From contig CAVTTN010000002.1 of assembly GCA_963737655.1 (NCBI GenBank), positions 3,168,001-3,232,000 on the forward strand: a stretch of DNA of 64,000 nt, in the 5' to 3' direction. Source of the stretch: an uncultured Planctomycetota bacterium (lineage in GTDB: Bacteria; Planctomycetota; Planctomycetia; Isosphaerales; Isosphaeraceae). How positions within the stretch are numbered: position 1 is the stretch's first letter; every line of letters begins with the position of its first letter. The position numbers were made by a program, and so were the translations under genes. Below the pieces are notes generated by a model. That model saw only the letters and a program-made list of their open reading frames with translations, did no database searches and was not told the DNA's origin. Below are positions 20,595 through 31,860 of the stretch, piece after piece.

Positions 20595-21212
20595 ATGTTC
20601 GGGCCCGGAGAGCCGTGGGACGTTGGACCGGTCGCCGTGCCGTTGCTGGCGCTGGTCAACGGCCCCTGGACCGTCCCCGACCTCCGTCTTGCCGCGGTGA
20701 TGAACGGCTGGAAGGTCTCCGAGCACCGATCTTATCCGTGTCTGAGGTTCGAGATGGGCGGCCCTCTCGGGCTGACCTCGCCCCGGCCGTCGGCGTCGCC
20801 AGCCATCGAGTTGCGGCAGGCCACGTATGGCCACTTGTTACTCTATTATCACTGCGAGGAGAACGACCTTCGGGATGAGGAGTTCGGCGACTTCGGCAAG
20901 GTCGATTTCGATCATGCTTTTGAGGTCTACCGGGACCGACTTTCCAAGGATTTGGGACGGCCCACGGTCGAGGGGCTCCATGATTTCCGTTGGTGGCCCA
21001 ATTCGCGTTATCATCACGGGATCTGGCGCGGCGAGCCGGGTCTGTTGATCCTCCAGCAAGGAGAAACGGACCTGCATCGTTGCAGTGGCTTCGACCTGAG
21101 CGTAATCCTCGACCGTCCGGGACCGGGCCCTTCGTCGCCGAGGGCGCCAGTTCTTGTGTTGGGACGTGGCGGATCGCTCGTTCGGTGGGATGAGGCGCGG
21201 GCCGAGCCGTGA
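20595..21212 (+). CDS. Hypothetical protein
   Basis: 205-aa ORF 9 nt after the kinase stop. Aromatic/acidic globular composition with more AT-ending codons than its neighbours. No family recognised. Confidence 0.55.
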   Translation: MFGPGEPWDVGPVAVPLLALVNGPWTVPDLRLAAVMNGWKVSEHRSYPCLRFEMGGPLGLTSPRPSASPAIELRQATYGHLLLYYHCEENDLRDEEFGDFGKVDFDHAFEVYRDRLSKDLGRPTVEGLHDFRWWPNSRYHHGIWRGEPGLLILQQGETDLHRCSGFDLSVILDRPGPGPSSPRAPVLVLGRGGSLVRWDEARAEP

Positions 21213-21218
21213 ACGGCT

Positions 21219-21965
21219 TTAGCGAGAAGGCCCCGCGTCCTTCTTGGACGGGTCCTCGGGTCGGGTCGCCGCGGGAGCCTGGCCGGCTTGCGGCGGCATC
21301 TTCCTCTTCCTCACGTTCAAGAAGAGATTCGAGCCGACCGGGGACTCGAACTTCGTCGGACGATCGGTGTCGTGCGGTCCGTAGCAGGATGTCCAGAGGT
21401 CCCCTTCGATCCGGTAGATGCCCTTGTGGTACTTCCCGGCAAACTTGCCGGTCTCGATCCTCGCGTCGAATTCGGCCGGCGATTTCGACGGGTCGAAGGT
21501 GATGGTCCACCGCGTCACGACCTTCCCGTCTTTTTCGGTCCTCATCGAGTCTCCCTCCACGATGGTCAGGACCTTCGACGCCCCCTCACCGGAGTTCCCG
21601 AGGGCCCCATCGAACTCGCTGGTGACCCCCAGCCACTCCCCCTGGGGCGTCGTGGCGTCGTCCGCGATCGGCTCGGTGCTGGGAGGTTTTTCCAGGGAGC
21701 GGCGGACCGCTTCGACCTCCCGGCGGAGGTCGCTGAGGTCCTGGCGGCGCCCCTGCTGATCCCGGATGATCCAGTTCGCCAGTTGGAGGTTTTGCCTCTC
21801 GATTCGCTCGTTCGTCGCCTCGAGCCTGGCGATCTTCCGATCCTGTTCGATCCGCATCCGAGCCTGGATCACCACCATGAGGCCCAGGGCGATCATGGCG
21901 ATGGCGAGCATGGCGGTTCGGAGACTGAAGCGTCGCACGCTCGGCCTGCCCGGTCCCGGATTCAT
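21219..21965 (-). CDS. TIGR03067-like planctomycete domain protein with N-terminal membrane anchor and coiled coil
   Basis: RRFSLRTAMLAIAMIALGL anchor, coiled coil, then QGEW...FDPSKSPAEFD...KGIYRIEGDLWTSCY...RPTKFES. Confidence 0.75.
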   Translation of the reverse strand: MNPGPGRPSVRRFSLRTAMLAIAMIALGLMVVIQARMRIEQDRKIARLEATNERIERQNLQLANWIIRDQQGRRQDLSDLRREVEAVRRSLEKPPSTEPIADDATTPQGEWLGVTSEFDGALGNSGEGASKVLTIVEGDSMRTEKDGKVVTRWTITFDPSKSPAEFDARIETGKFAGKYHKGIYRIEGDLWTSCYGPHDTDRPTKFESPVGSNLFLNVRKRKMPPQAGQAPAATRPEDPSKKDAGPSR

Positions 21966-22297
21966 GGGATGCCTCCTCGCCTTCCGTCGCCCGCCGTGTC
22001 CTGGGTTTCGTTCGTCGGACCGTCGTCCCGGCAGGGGCGGCAACTCGGATGGCTCGATTGGCCATCGAGCCTCCTCCGGACGGCCGCCCGAGTCAACTCT
22101 CCCGTGCCGGCCCTCGGTCATGGGAGCCGGCGAAAAGTCCGGCCGGGCCGTGCGGGGCGTGGAAGGTTGTTCACGGGCCTTGCGACGGCCCGACGGTTCG
22201 GTATGGTGTTAGGGTCGCGCCCCGCGAGGCCGGCGTCCTCTCTCCGCGCCGATTGGCCGATCCCCTTCCCCGTGCTCTCTTTCGAGGACGTCGCGGC

Positions 22298-24569
22298 ATG
22301 TCGGTTTCACCCCCGATCGAAGCCCCCGAGGCCGCCCCGGCCCATGAACCGTTCGTGCCCGATGCGGCGCGGATTCCCGAGCTGACCGTCTCGGCCCTGC
22401 TCCTGGGCGCCGCCCTCGGCGTGGTCTTCGGGGCGTCGTCGCTGTACCTCTCGCTGAAGGTCGGGATGACGGTCTCGGCCTCGATCCCGGTGGCCGTCCT
22501 GTCGATCGCCCTTTTTCGCGCGTTCGGCAAGGGCAAGGGTCGAGTCCTCGAAAACAACATCGTCCAGACCGCCGGGTCGGCCGGCGAGTCGATCGCCTTC
22601 GGCGTGGGCGTGACGATGCCGGCCCTGATGATCCTGGGCTATGACCTCGAACAGCCGATCCTGCAGATCGCCGGGATCTCGATCACCCGCGTGATGCTCG
22701 TCGCCTGCCTCGGCGGGCTGCTGGGGATCTTCATGATGATCCCGCTGCGACGGGCGTTCATCGTCAAGCAGCACGGGACGCTCGTCTACCCCGAAGGCAC
22801 GGCCTGCGCCAAGGTGCTCGTGGCCGGCGAGGCGGGCGGGGCCGGCGCGAAGCCGATCCTCTTCGGCCTCGGGCTGGGCTTCGTCTATCAGATCTGCATG
22901 CAAGGTTTAAAGCTCTGGAAGGAATACCCGGCCTACGCCTTCCGCAGCTTCAAGGGGGCGTTCGTCACGAACGAGGCCACGCCGACCTTGCTCGGCGTCG
23001 GCTACATCATCGGTTTTCGGATCGCCTCGATCATGGTGGCCGGAGGGCTGCTCGCCTCGTTCGTCCTCACGCCGATCTTCGCCATGTCGCCCGAATTCGG
23101 GCCCATCACCGGCACGACCAATGCCGAGATTCTGAAAAACACCCAGGACCTCTGGGCGCGATCCGCAACAAATACGTGCTGTACATCGGCGCCGGGGCCG
23201 TGGCCACCGGCGGCCTGATCAGCCTGGTCCAGTCCCTGCCCACGATCTGGCAGGGGATCGTCGGCAGCGTCCGCTCGATCGGCGGGAAGACGGCCGGCGG
23301 CAAGGGGCGCTCGGGCCGCACCGATCGCGATTTGCCGCTGTGGCTCGTGTTGCTCGGCGTGGCCGGCTTGATCGGCGCGATCGCCGGGACGAACCTGATC
23401 CCGACCACGATGGAAGGCCGGATCGTCGGCGCATCGCTGATCGTCCTCCTCGGATTCCTGTTCGTGACCGTCTCCTCGAGGCTGACCGGCGAGATCGGCT
23501 CCTCATCGAACCCGATTTCGGGGATGACCGTCGCCACGCTCCTTCTGACGTGCCTCGTCTTCTTCCTCCAGGGCTGGATCGGCCCCGAATACCGGCTCGC
23601 GGCGCTGTCGATCGCGGGGATCGTCTGCGTGGCCTCCTCCAACGGGGGGACGACCTCTCAGGACCTCAAAACGGGCTACCTCGTCGGCGCCACTCCGGCC
23701 AAGCAGCAGATCGCCATCCTCGTCGGGGCGCTCACCTCGGCCATCGTGATCGGCTTCGTCCTCCTGAAGTTGAACGACGCCAGCACCGTCTACACCAGCA
23801 AGGCCGAGAACCTGCCGAAGATCTCCGCCGATGTCTCGAAGCTCACCGAGACCCAATCTCACGACGGCAAGACGTACAAGGTCTGGCGGGTCACGTCGCC
23901 GATCGAGGGCGACAACAAGGCCACGCTCGCCCTCCCCGGCAAGTATCTCGTCGATCCCGAGAGCGGCAAGCCCGCCTGGCTGATCGACCCCGGCATCAAT
24001 GGCCGGATCAAGACCCTGGACGACGGCAAGACCGAAGTGCCCAAGTATGATGCCCCGAAAGCCTCGCTGATGGCCCTGATCATCGACGGGATCATGGCCG
24101 GCAAGCTGCCGTGGGGCCTGGTGACGATCGGCGCCTTCATCGCGATCGTCTTGCACCTCAGCGGCGCCCGGCCCTGGCGTTCTCGGTGGGCGTGTACCTG
24201 CCGCTCTCGACGTCGATGCCGATCTTCCTCGGCGGCCTGGTGCGAGGGCTGGTGGACCGGGCCCGCAAGACCAGCGCCGAGGATTCGGACTCCAGCCCGG
24301 CCGTCCTGCTCTCCAGCGGCTATATCGCGGGCGGGACGATCGCCGGCACGCTGATCGCCTTCCTCTCGTTCCGGATGGACTGGCTGGCGAAGCTGGACGT
24401 CTCGAAGTACCTGCCCGGTCGTTACACGGACTCGCAATGGCCCGCCGTCGCGGCGTTCTCTGTCCTGGTCCTCCTGCTCCTCCTGGTCGGCATGGGCGCC
24501 CTGTTCCGGGACCGCGAACCCCGCTCGGCCGTGGAGGACGGGATGACCGTCCGCGAGGACGAAATCTGA
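22298..24569 (+). CDS. OPT/YSL family oligopeptide transporter (two frameshifts, near 23155 and 24166)
   Basis: YLSLKVGMTVSASIP, ENNIVQT, YPEGTACA, SSSNPISGMT, SQDLKTGYLVGATP, ALAFSVGVYLP and SSGYIAG, spread over three consecutive frames. Confidence 0.88.
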
Positions 24570-24615
24570 CGACCGGCTCGCCAACCGTTCGAACTTCCGC
24601 CCCGGAGCCTTTTCC

Positions 24616-26699
24616 ATGAGACGCCTGATCCCGATGGCGGCCCTCGCCGCCCTGTTCGCCCCGAGCCTCGGAGGGACCGTGCTCGCCGACGAAGGCATGT
24701 GGGTCTTCAACAACCTGCCGCTCAGGACCCTGAGGGAAAAATACGACTTCGAGCCCACCAAGGCCTGGACCGACCACCTCCGGCTCTCGTCCGTGAGGTT
24801 CAACTCGGGAGGCTCGGGCTCGTTCGTCTCGCCGAACGGCCTGGTGATGACCAACCACCACGTCGGCGCCGACACCCTCCAGAAAATCAGCTCGAAGGAC
24901 AAGGACTACTACCGGGACGGCTTCACCGCCGGGACCAACGCCGAGGAAGTCCGCGCCCGGACCTGGAACTCAACGTCCTGATCGCGATCGAGGACGTGAC
25001 CGACCGGGTCAACGCCGAGATCAAGCCCGGGATGGACGATGCCGCGGTGTCGCTGGCCCGACGCAAGGCAACGGCCGCGATCGAGTCCGAGAGCAAGGCG
25101 AAGACCGGCCTGCGCTCCGACGTGGTCACGCTCTACCAGGGCGGCCAGTATCATCTTTACACCTACAAGACGTATACCGACGTCCGTCTCGTCTTCGCCC
25201 CCGAGTTCGACATCGCCTTCTTCGGCGGCGATCCCGACAACTTCGAATATCCCCGATACGACCTGGACGTCTGCTTCTTCCGGGCCTACGAGGACGGCAA
25301 GCCGGCGAAAGTGGAACACTTCCTCAAGTGGTCGCCCCACGGATCGAAGGACGGCGAGCTCATCTTCGTCTCCGGCCATCCGGGTCGCACGAACCGCCTG
25401 AACACGGCCGCCCACCTCGAATACCTCCGGGACGTGGGATACCCGCTCCAGCTCGAATTCCTGTTCGACAAGGAGGCGTTCCTCCAGGAATACGGCCAGA
25501 GAGGCCCCGAGCAGTTCCGCCAGTCGAAGGAGGACCTCTTCGGCGTCCAGAACAGCCGGAAGGCCCGGATCGGCGGCCTCGGCGGCCTGAAGGACGAGCC
25601 GTTCATGACCTCCAAGGCCGAGGCCGAGAAGGCCCTCCGAGGCCGGATTCAGTCCGAGGCCGCCCGCCACGAGAAGTACGGGACGGCCTGGGATCGCATC
25701 GCAACCGCCGAGAAGACCGCCGCGAAGATCCTCAAGCCCTACAACTTCGTCGAGCGTGGCCTCGCCTTCGATTCCACCCTCTTCCAGGTCGCCCGGGCGC
25801 TCGTCCGCCTGGCCGAGGAGGACGCGAAGCCGAACGGCGAACGGCTTCGCGAATACCGCGACTCCGCCCGCCCCTCGTTCGAGCTCGCCCTCTATTCCGA
25901 CGCGCCGATCTACTCCGAGTACGAGAAGGCCAAGCTCGCCCACTCGCTCGCGTTCTGGAAGAAGACCAGCCCGGATGACCCGATGGTCGAGCGCGTCCTC
26001 CGGGGCCGATCCCCGGACGAGGTGGCCAAGGCGCTTGTGGATGGGAGCAAGCTCGCCGACGTCGAGCTGAGGAAGAAGCTGGCCAAGGGCGGCTCCGCCG
26101 CGATCTCCGCGAGCGACGACCCGATGATCAAGCTCGCCCTGGCCATCGACGCCGACGCCCGGGCCGTCCGCAAGGTCCGCGAGGAGGAGGTCGAAGGGGT
26201 CGAGGCCTCGCAATACGCCCTGATCGCCCGGGCGATCTTCGAGGACCAGGGGGACCGAGTCTATCCCGACGCCACCTTCAGCCTCCGACTCGCCTTCGGC
26301 ACCGTCAAGGGCTACACCATCGATGGCAAGACGATCCCGCCGTATACCACGATCGCCGGCGCCTTCGAGCACGAGAAGGCCCACGGCGCGAAGCCGCCGT
26401 ATCAGCTCCCAACGAGCTGGCACGAGGCGAAGAAGGACGGCCGCCTCAAGCTCGACACCCCGATGAACTTCGTCTCCACGGCCGACATCATCGGCGGCAA
26501 CTCGGGAAGTCCGGTCGTGAACCGCGACAACGAGGTCGTCGGGCTGATCTTCGACGGCAACATCCAGTCGCTCGTCCTCGATTTCGGCTACGAGGACCGC
26601 CTCGCCCGGGCCGTCTCCGTCGATTCCCGCGCGATCGTCGAGGCCCTCCGCGACGTCTACCGCGCCTCGGACCTCGTTAAGGAATTGACGGGCAACTAA
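24616..26699 (+). CDS. S46 family dipeptidyl peptidase (frameshift near 24957)
   Basis: Signal peptide plus DEGMW, GSFVSPNGLVMTNHH, FFGGDPDNFEYPR, YPDATFSLRL, DIIGGNSGSP and FDGN. Confidence 0.93.
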
Positions 26700-27698
26700 C
26701 GGCCGAGTTGAAGACCCCAGCGACAGTGGGGAAACGAGTAGGTCCGACTTCGGTCGGGCCGACTCGTATCTCGGATCAGCCCGCGCAAGATCGTCTTCAT
26801 CGCCGACGCCACCGCCGGGAACTTCAGCGAGGCATGATGGAACCGCCGGGCCACGGCGATCGAGGAGGGCCCGAGCCCCTCGAATCTGCGGAGGGAATCC
26901 GTCGCCTCGTCCAACCTCCGACGCTCCTCCTCGAGCGCGAACTCCGTCCACGCCAGCCGGTTTTCCGCCTCGCGAAGCGCATCGCGGAGCCGGTCGCGAT
27001 CCCAGCGGAGGTCGGCGATGTCGCGCGCATGCTCGTAATAGATGTAGTCATCCAGGCAGTTCGCGGGCGTCGCCAGCCTGGGCCGGAGCGCCTCGTCCTC
27101 CCGGCGGACGTAGTAGCGATTGAGCCCGTCGAAGGTCGCGAACAGGTAGTCGGCCGCGAGCAACGTCGGCTCCCAGCCGGTCCCCCCGGTCGATTCGATG
27201 ACCAGGACCCGGGGCCGCCACCTCGCGAAGTCGCCCCCTCGAATGACGGCATCTTCATGAGACTCGACGTCGATCTTGAGGAAGTCGATCTCGCCGGGGA
27301 CGTACCGCTCGCAGAGCGTGGCCAGCGGGAGGACCGGCACGCTCGCCTCGACGACGGGGAACCCGTCGCGACGGAGGCCGGCGGCGAACTCGGGGCAGAA
27401 CGTGGACATCCCCAGCGACGTCGTCGCCTCGAAGAACGCGAGCCGGCCCTCGTGGTCGGACACGCCGACGTTCAGGTTCACGTCCCGGGGCCTCGCCTCG
27501 ATCAGCTCGCCGAACACCGGAGGGGCTCGGTTCGACGTTCACACCCGTCCACCCGCGATCATAAAAGTGCCGGGTCACGGAATGATGCGTCGGATGATTC
27601 GCGCCGATGTCCACGTAGAAGCCGCGATGCCCCTCGGGGAACAGGCGGTCGAGAAGGACGTCCTCGGCGTTCTGGGCGAAGGAGATCATCCGGGGCAT
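26696..27698 (-). CDS. FkbM family methyltransferase with C-terminal coiled coil (frameshift near 27520; 3' end uncertain)
   Basis: MPRMISFAQNAEDVLL...GFYVDIGANHP...WTGVNVEP joins ...IDFLKIDVESHE...RPRVLVIE...FDGLNRYY, followed by a heptad-rich tail. Confidence 0.85.
26735..26766. repeat. REP family B single copy
   Basis: CGAGTAGGTCCGAC-TTCG-GTCGGGCCGACTCG, nearly identical to the arm at 4841-4870. Lies at the convergent ends of the S46 peptidase and FkbM genes. Confidence 0.85.
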
Positions 27699-27733
27699 CG
27701 GGCCGCCCTCCTGGCGGTTGGGGTCGGTTCGGG

Positions 27734-28906
27734 TCAGGCCGTCCAGGCCCAGGAATTCCGCGAGTACCAGGAGGCGGAGATCGCCCGCCACTTCCGTTCG
27801 GCCAATACGTCCCAGTCGAACACGGCCTGGAGCCGCCTCCGGTCGCCCACGGCCTCGGCGATCGAGGCACGATTCCGCTCCAGGGCGTCTTCGATCACGT
27901 GGCACGTCGCCCACACGTCATCGCCGGGGCAAAAGTGAGCACCTGCAAAGGGGCCGAACAGGCTCCTCGTGGCCTCCAGCTCGGTCAGGAAGACCGGCGT
28001 CCCGCACGCCAGCGCCTCGAGGATCGGGATGCCGAACGCCTCGAAGTCCGACAGAAGGACCAGGCCGAAGCTCTCGGCATAGGTCCGCCGCAGCTCCTCT
28101 TCCGACACGTATCCGCGAAGCTCGACCGACGATCGCAACGCCTCGGGCACGAGATCCAGAGCAGAATCGCTCCGATTGCCGATCACTACGAGCCTCAGGC
28201 TCGGCCAGCCCCGCTTGAGGATCGTCATCGCCGCGACGACCCGGTCGAACCGCTTCCTCGGCTCGGCCAGGTCGCCCACGAACACCAGCTGTTGCTTGCG
28301 GACCGCCGGCCCGGGTCGGAACGACCGAAAATCACAGCCCAGGGGCAGATACGTCCCGATATTGCGATCCGGCGCCCGTTTGTGGACCTCGCGCCGCTCC
28401 CACGTCGAGTCGCACAGGACGAGGTCGGCCCGGCGAATCACCCGGCGATGGACGTCCTCGGTGAACTCGGCCTGCCCCGGACCCATCGGCACGGTCCAGC
28501 TCGGCTGGTCGTGAGGAGTGTAGATCAACGTGGTTGAGTCCGCGAGATTTGCGAGCAGATCCTGATGGGTGGCCGCGTTCGCCCAGCAGACGCATTCGAC
28601 GGCGTCCCAGCGATCCTCCCGGAGCAAATCGGCCAGGTCGCGGTTGCCATTGTCCAGAGCTTCGGGCCTCTGGAAACCCCGGCCGACGTGCAACGTGCAT
28701 CCGTGGTCACGGGCGAATTCGGCGGCGAGGGCCAGGTTCTTGGGGTTCGCGTCGTCGATCGCGAATTCGTAATCGGCGCGGTCGAGCAGGCGTTCGGAGA
28801 GTTCGAACAGGGCCCGGCCGATCCCCGAATATAATTGATTCGACGAGGAAATCACGCTCAAGACGCGCATCCGGCGGCTCATGGCGGCCCTCCCGTCCCG
28901 GTTCAT
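27734..28906 (-). CDS. Glycosyltransferase family 4
   Basis: FVGDLAEPRKRFD and LSDFEAFGIPILEALACGTPV (EX7E). ATGA overlap with the upstream gene. Confidence 0.9.
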   Translation of the reverse strand: MNRDGRAAMSRRMRVLSVISSSNQLYSGIGRALFELSERLLDRADYEFAIDDANPKNLALAAEFARDHGCTLHVGRGFQRPEALDNGNRDLADLLREDRWDAVECVCWANAATHQDLLANLADSTTLIYTPHDQPSWTVPMGPGQAEFTEDVHRRVIRRADLVLCDSTWERREVHKRAPDRNIGTYLPLGCDFRSFRPGPAVRKQQLVFVGDLAEPRKRFDRVVAAMTILKRGWPSLRLVVIGNRSDSALDLVPEALRSSVELRGYVSEEELRRTYAESFGLVLLSDFEAFGIPILEALACGTPVFLTELEATRSLFGPFAGAHFCPGDDVWATCHVIEDALERNRASIAEAVGDRRRLQAVFDWDVLAERKWRAISASWYSRNSWAWTA

Positions 28907-29289
28907 GACGCCTCGGCGAGGCGGTCGGCCTCGAACTCGGGGAACGGCAGGGACGGCTGATCGCCCGGGCCGCGAGCGGCCTCGTCGCGGGCGGTCAACG
29001 CCTCCACGCGGTCTTCCAGGGCCGCGAGCCGACGGGCCATGGCCACATAGTCCCATCCGAACGCGATCGTGGCCTGCAATTGATCGTTCGTGCGATCGAT
29101 TCGCGTGTGCAAGTCCTTGATGGAGGATTCCGCGGCGTCGTGCCGCAAGCCGTGGGCCGCGAGGATCTCCGCGTTGCGGACGAAGATCGGCCGGAGGACC
29201 CGGCGGAACGCCCTCCGGACGACCGTGAGGACGCGCTTCGGCCCGGTCGGACTCGGCCCCAGGTCGTTGTAGAACGCATAATCGGTCAC
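28903..29289 (-). CDS. Small coiled-coil protein within the glycosylation cluster
   Basis: GGAGG SD and GTG start at 29289. ...RRVLRPIFVR...IKDLHTRIDRTNDQLQ...MARRLAALEDRVEAL. Coupled to the next gene. Confidence 0.65.
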   Translation of the reverse strand: MTDYAFYNDLGPSPTGPKRVLTVVRRAFRRVLRPIFVRNAEILAAHGLRHDAAESSIKDLHTRIDRTNDQLQATIAFGWDYVAMARRLAALEDRVEALTARDEAARGPGDQPSLPFPEFEADRLAEAS

Positions 29290-29342
29290 TTCGCGGCCTC
29301 CGTTGCTCTCGGCCCGTCCGAACTCGATCCTCGCCCGCGGAC

Positions 29343-30620
29343 TCAGGCCGCCACGCATTCCTGGATGATCACCTTGGAGAGCCGTTCGGCCAGCAGGGCG
29401 AGCCGGTACGCCTCGTCGGCCGACCCCGCGCCCGAGCGGTCGGCCTTTGCCGCTTCACCCAGGGCCCGCTCGATCCGCGGGGCGATCGCGTCGAGGTGAA
29501 AGTCGCGGCGGACGACGGCGGCGGCTCGTCGGCCGATCGGCGCGGCGTCGATCGTGCCATCGAGGACCGAGGCGAACACCCGGGCGAACGCTTCGGGCGT
29601 CCGGGGGGCCTTCAGGGCGTGGACGCCGTGGACGAGCCATTCGGCGATCCCGCAGATCGGCGTCATCACCGGCACGCACCCCCTCGCCGCCGCCTCCAGG
29701 GGGGCGAAGCCGAACGGCTCCCGCTCTCGCGTCGGGAATGCGAAGAGGTCGGCATTCGCGAAGATGTCCGAAAGCTCGGATTGGGTCCGCGGGCCCCGCA
29801 GCCTGACCCGATCGGAGACCCCGAGGGACTGGATCAGGTGGGGGACGTATCCATCGGTCACACGGCCATACAAATCGATCTCGAAATCCTCATGCCCGAG
29901 GTCGCGGAGCCTGGCCGCCGCCTGGACGAGCAGGTCCATCCCCTTGTCGATCTGGCGGTCGATCTGACCGGCCGCCGAGACGATCCTCAGCCGGCCGGCC
30001 TCGAGGTAGGACGACCGGGCGGGGCCGATGGTGCCGTGGACCCAGTTCGAGACGGTCTCGACCTGCCCCCTCAGCGACAGTCCCCCGGCCGCGATCTCGT
30101 CGGCCAGTTGCTGGCTGCACGCGAGGTAATGGCCGCGAAGCTGCCGGCTGACCTCGCTCGCGAAGGTCGGGACGAGCCGCCCGGCGGACCGGCAGAGCAT
30201 CAGGGGGACGTCGTCCATCAGGTGCCAGACCCAGGGGATTCGCAGATGATGAAGCGTCGCCATCAGCCCGAGTCCGCCCACGCCCACCAGCATCCACACA
30301 TAAACGACGTCGGGGCGAAACGCCTCGATCTCCGCCAGCAAGGCGTGCACGTTGAACGCGCTCACCCGGAGCGACTCGCCCTGCTCCAGATGCACGGTCA
30401 CCGGCGCGCTGTTCACGAAAAGATAATGACTCCAGGATTCGACCAGGCGCAGCGATCGAGAAACGTGAGGCTCCGAAGGCGCGGGGACTCGCGGGGCCGA
30501 GGTCAGGACGCGGGCCTCGTGGCCCCTCGTCCGCAGGGCCTCGACGGCCTGGCGGCAGCCGAGTTCGTAGCCGCCGATGACGTCGGGCGGGTAGAGGTTG
30601 GTCAGGACGAGGACCCTCAC
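29343..30620 (-). CDS. Glycosyltransferase family 4
   Basis: VLVLTNLYPPDVIGGYE, DKGMDLLV and FPTREREPFGFAPLEAAARG. GTGA overlap with the upstream gene. Confidence 0.9.
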   Translation of the reverse strand: MRVLVLTNLYPPDVIGGYELGCRQAVEALRTRGHEARVLTSAPRVPAPSEPHVSRSLRLVESWSHYLFVNSAPVTVHLEQGESLRVSAFNVHALLAEIEAFRPDVVYVWMLVGVGGLGLMATLHHLRIPWVWHLMDDVPLMLCRSAGRLVPTFASEVSRQLRGHYLACSQQLADEIAAGGLSLRGQVETVSNWVHGTIGPARSSYLEAGRLRIVSAAGQIDRQIDKGMDLLVQAAARLRDLGHEDFEIDLYGRVTDGYVPHLIQSLGVSDRVRLRGPRTQSELSDIFANADLFAFPTREREPFGFAPLEAAARGCVPVMTPICGIAEWLVHGVHALKAPRTPEAFARVFASVLDGTIDAAPIGRRAAAVVRRDFHLDAIAPRIERALGEAAKADRSGAGSADEAYRLALLAERLSKVIIQECVAA

Positions 30621-31726
30621 GCGGCCACCCCCTCGGCCTGGTTCCACAGCGATTCATAAATCGAAAGCATCTTCGCGCCCGCCACGGTCAGGTCGAATTC
30701 GGCCTCGACGACTCCCCTCGCCCGCCGGCCCATCGCCTCGACGAGCCTCGCGTCGGTGGCGAGCCGGACGAGCCTATCCGTCAGTTGCGGGAGGTCGTCA
30801 TAGACGAATCCGGTCTCCCCGTCGCGGATGAATTCCGGCATGGCGCCAACCCGGGAGGCGATCGCCGGGGTTCCGCAGGCCATGGCCTCGAGGAGGGTGA
30901 AGCCCATCAGCTCGGGGGCCTCGTGCGAGTGGCCGTCGCAGTCGAGATAGACCGAGCCCAGGACGTTCGCCCAGGCGTTCGCATAGAGCGAGCGGATCGT
31001 GTCGTCGTCGGCATCCGTGACGAACTCCACGCGCTTGCCTTCGGCCATCCTCCGCAATCGGAGGAAGAAATCCGGGTGGTAGGGGCGTCCGCAGACGGTC
31101 AGGGGCAGGTCGGGTGGGAGGGCGGCGATCAGCCGGTCGATCCCCTTGTGGGGCAACAGCCGGCCGACGAACAGGATGCGATCGCGGGCCGGGCGGGGGC
31201 TCGGAGGGCGGAAATGGGTGGCGTCCACGCCCCCCTTGACGACCTCGATCGGCCGACTCGTCCGGTAGAGCGAGGCGCCGAAGTCGGAGTAGGCGACGAT
31301 GCGGTCGGCCAGCTCCAGGTGGCCGATCTCCTTGCCCAGGGGGCTGGTGGCGCCTCCGTGGTCGGTCATGCAGACGGGCTTCCTCTGCTGCTTCGCGACG
31401 AGGAGGCCGACCTCGGAGCATCGGGTATACGCTTGATGGATGTGGACGAGATCATACTCGGAGATGACCCCGGGGAGGTCCCAGGAGAGGACGTCCAGCG
31501 GGTTCCCGGGCCGGCTCGCGGCGGCCATCACGCGGAGGGCCACGCCGCCGGGCAACTCGAGCGATCGCGCCCGGTCGCCGAACGAGAGCAGGTCGACGCG
31601 GCATCGGCCGTCCGAGGCGAGCTGGACCCCTCGCGCCAGGTTCAGCGGGTAGCGCTCGCCGCCGCCGAGGCAGGAGGATTCATCGAAGTAGAGCGGGGTG
31701 AGGTAGGCGACGGCTCGCGAGGGCAT
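30617..31726 (-). CDS. Glycosyltransferase family 4
   Basis: GGGERY, FVGRLLPHKG and ELMGFTLLEAMACGTPAIASRVGAMPEFIRDGETG. Confidence 0.9.
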   Translation of the reverse strand: MPSRAVAYLTPLYFDESSCLGGGERYPLNLARGVQLASDGRCRVDLLSFGDRARSLELPGGVALRVMAAASRPGNPLDVLSWDLPGVISEYDLVHIHQAYTRCSEVGLLVAKQQRKPVCMTDHGGATSPLGKEIGHLELADRIVAYSDFGASLYRTSRPIEVVKGGVDATHFRPPSPRPARDRILFVGRLLPHKGIDRLIAALPPDLPLTVCGRPYHPDFFLRLRRMAEGKRVEFVTDADDDTIRSLYANAWANVLGSVYLDCDGHSHEAPELMGFTLLEAMACGTPAIASRVGAMPEFIRDGETGFVYDDLPQLTDRLVRLATDARLVEAMGRRARGVVEAEFDLTVAGAKMLSIYESLWNQAEGVAA

Positions 31727-31860
31727 GGGGTCGTGATCCTGTTCCAGCGACGACGACGGCCGGCCGGTCGGGTCCGGCGGCCGGGCGGGCGGGGCGCGAT
31801 CACGAGGGAGCGGTTTCGAAGGGTTCGCCGGGGGCGTTCTAGCAGAACTCGCCGAGGCGG

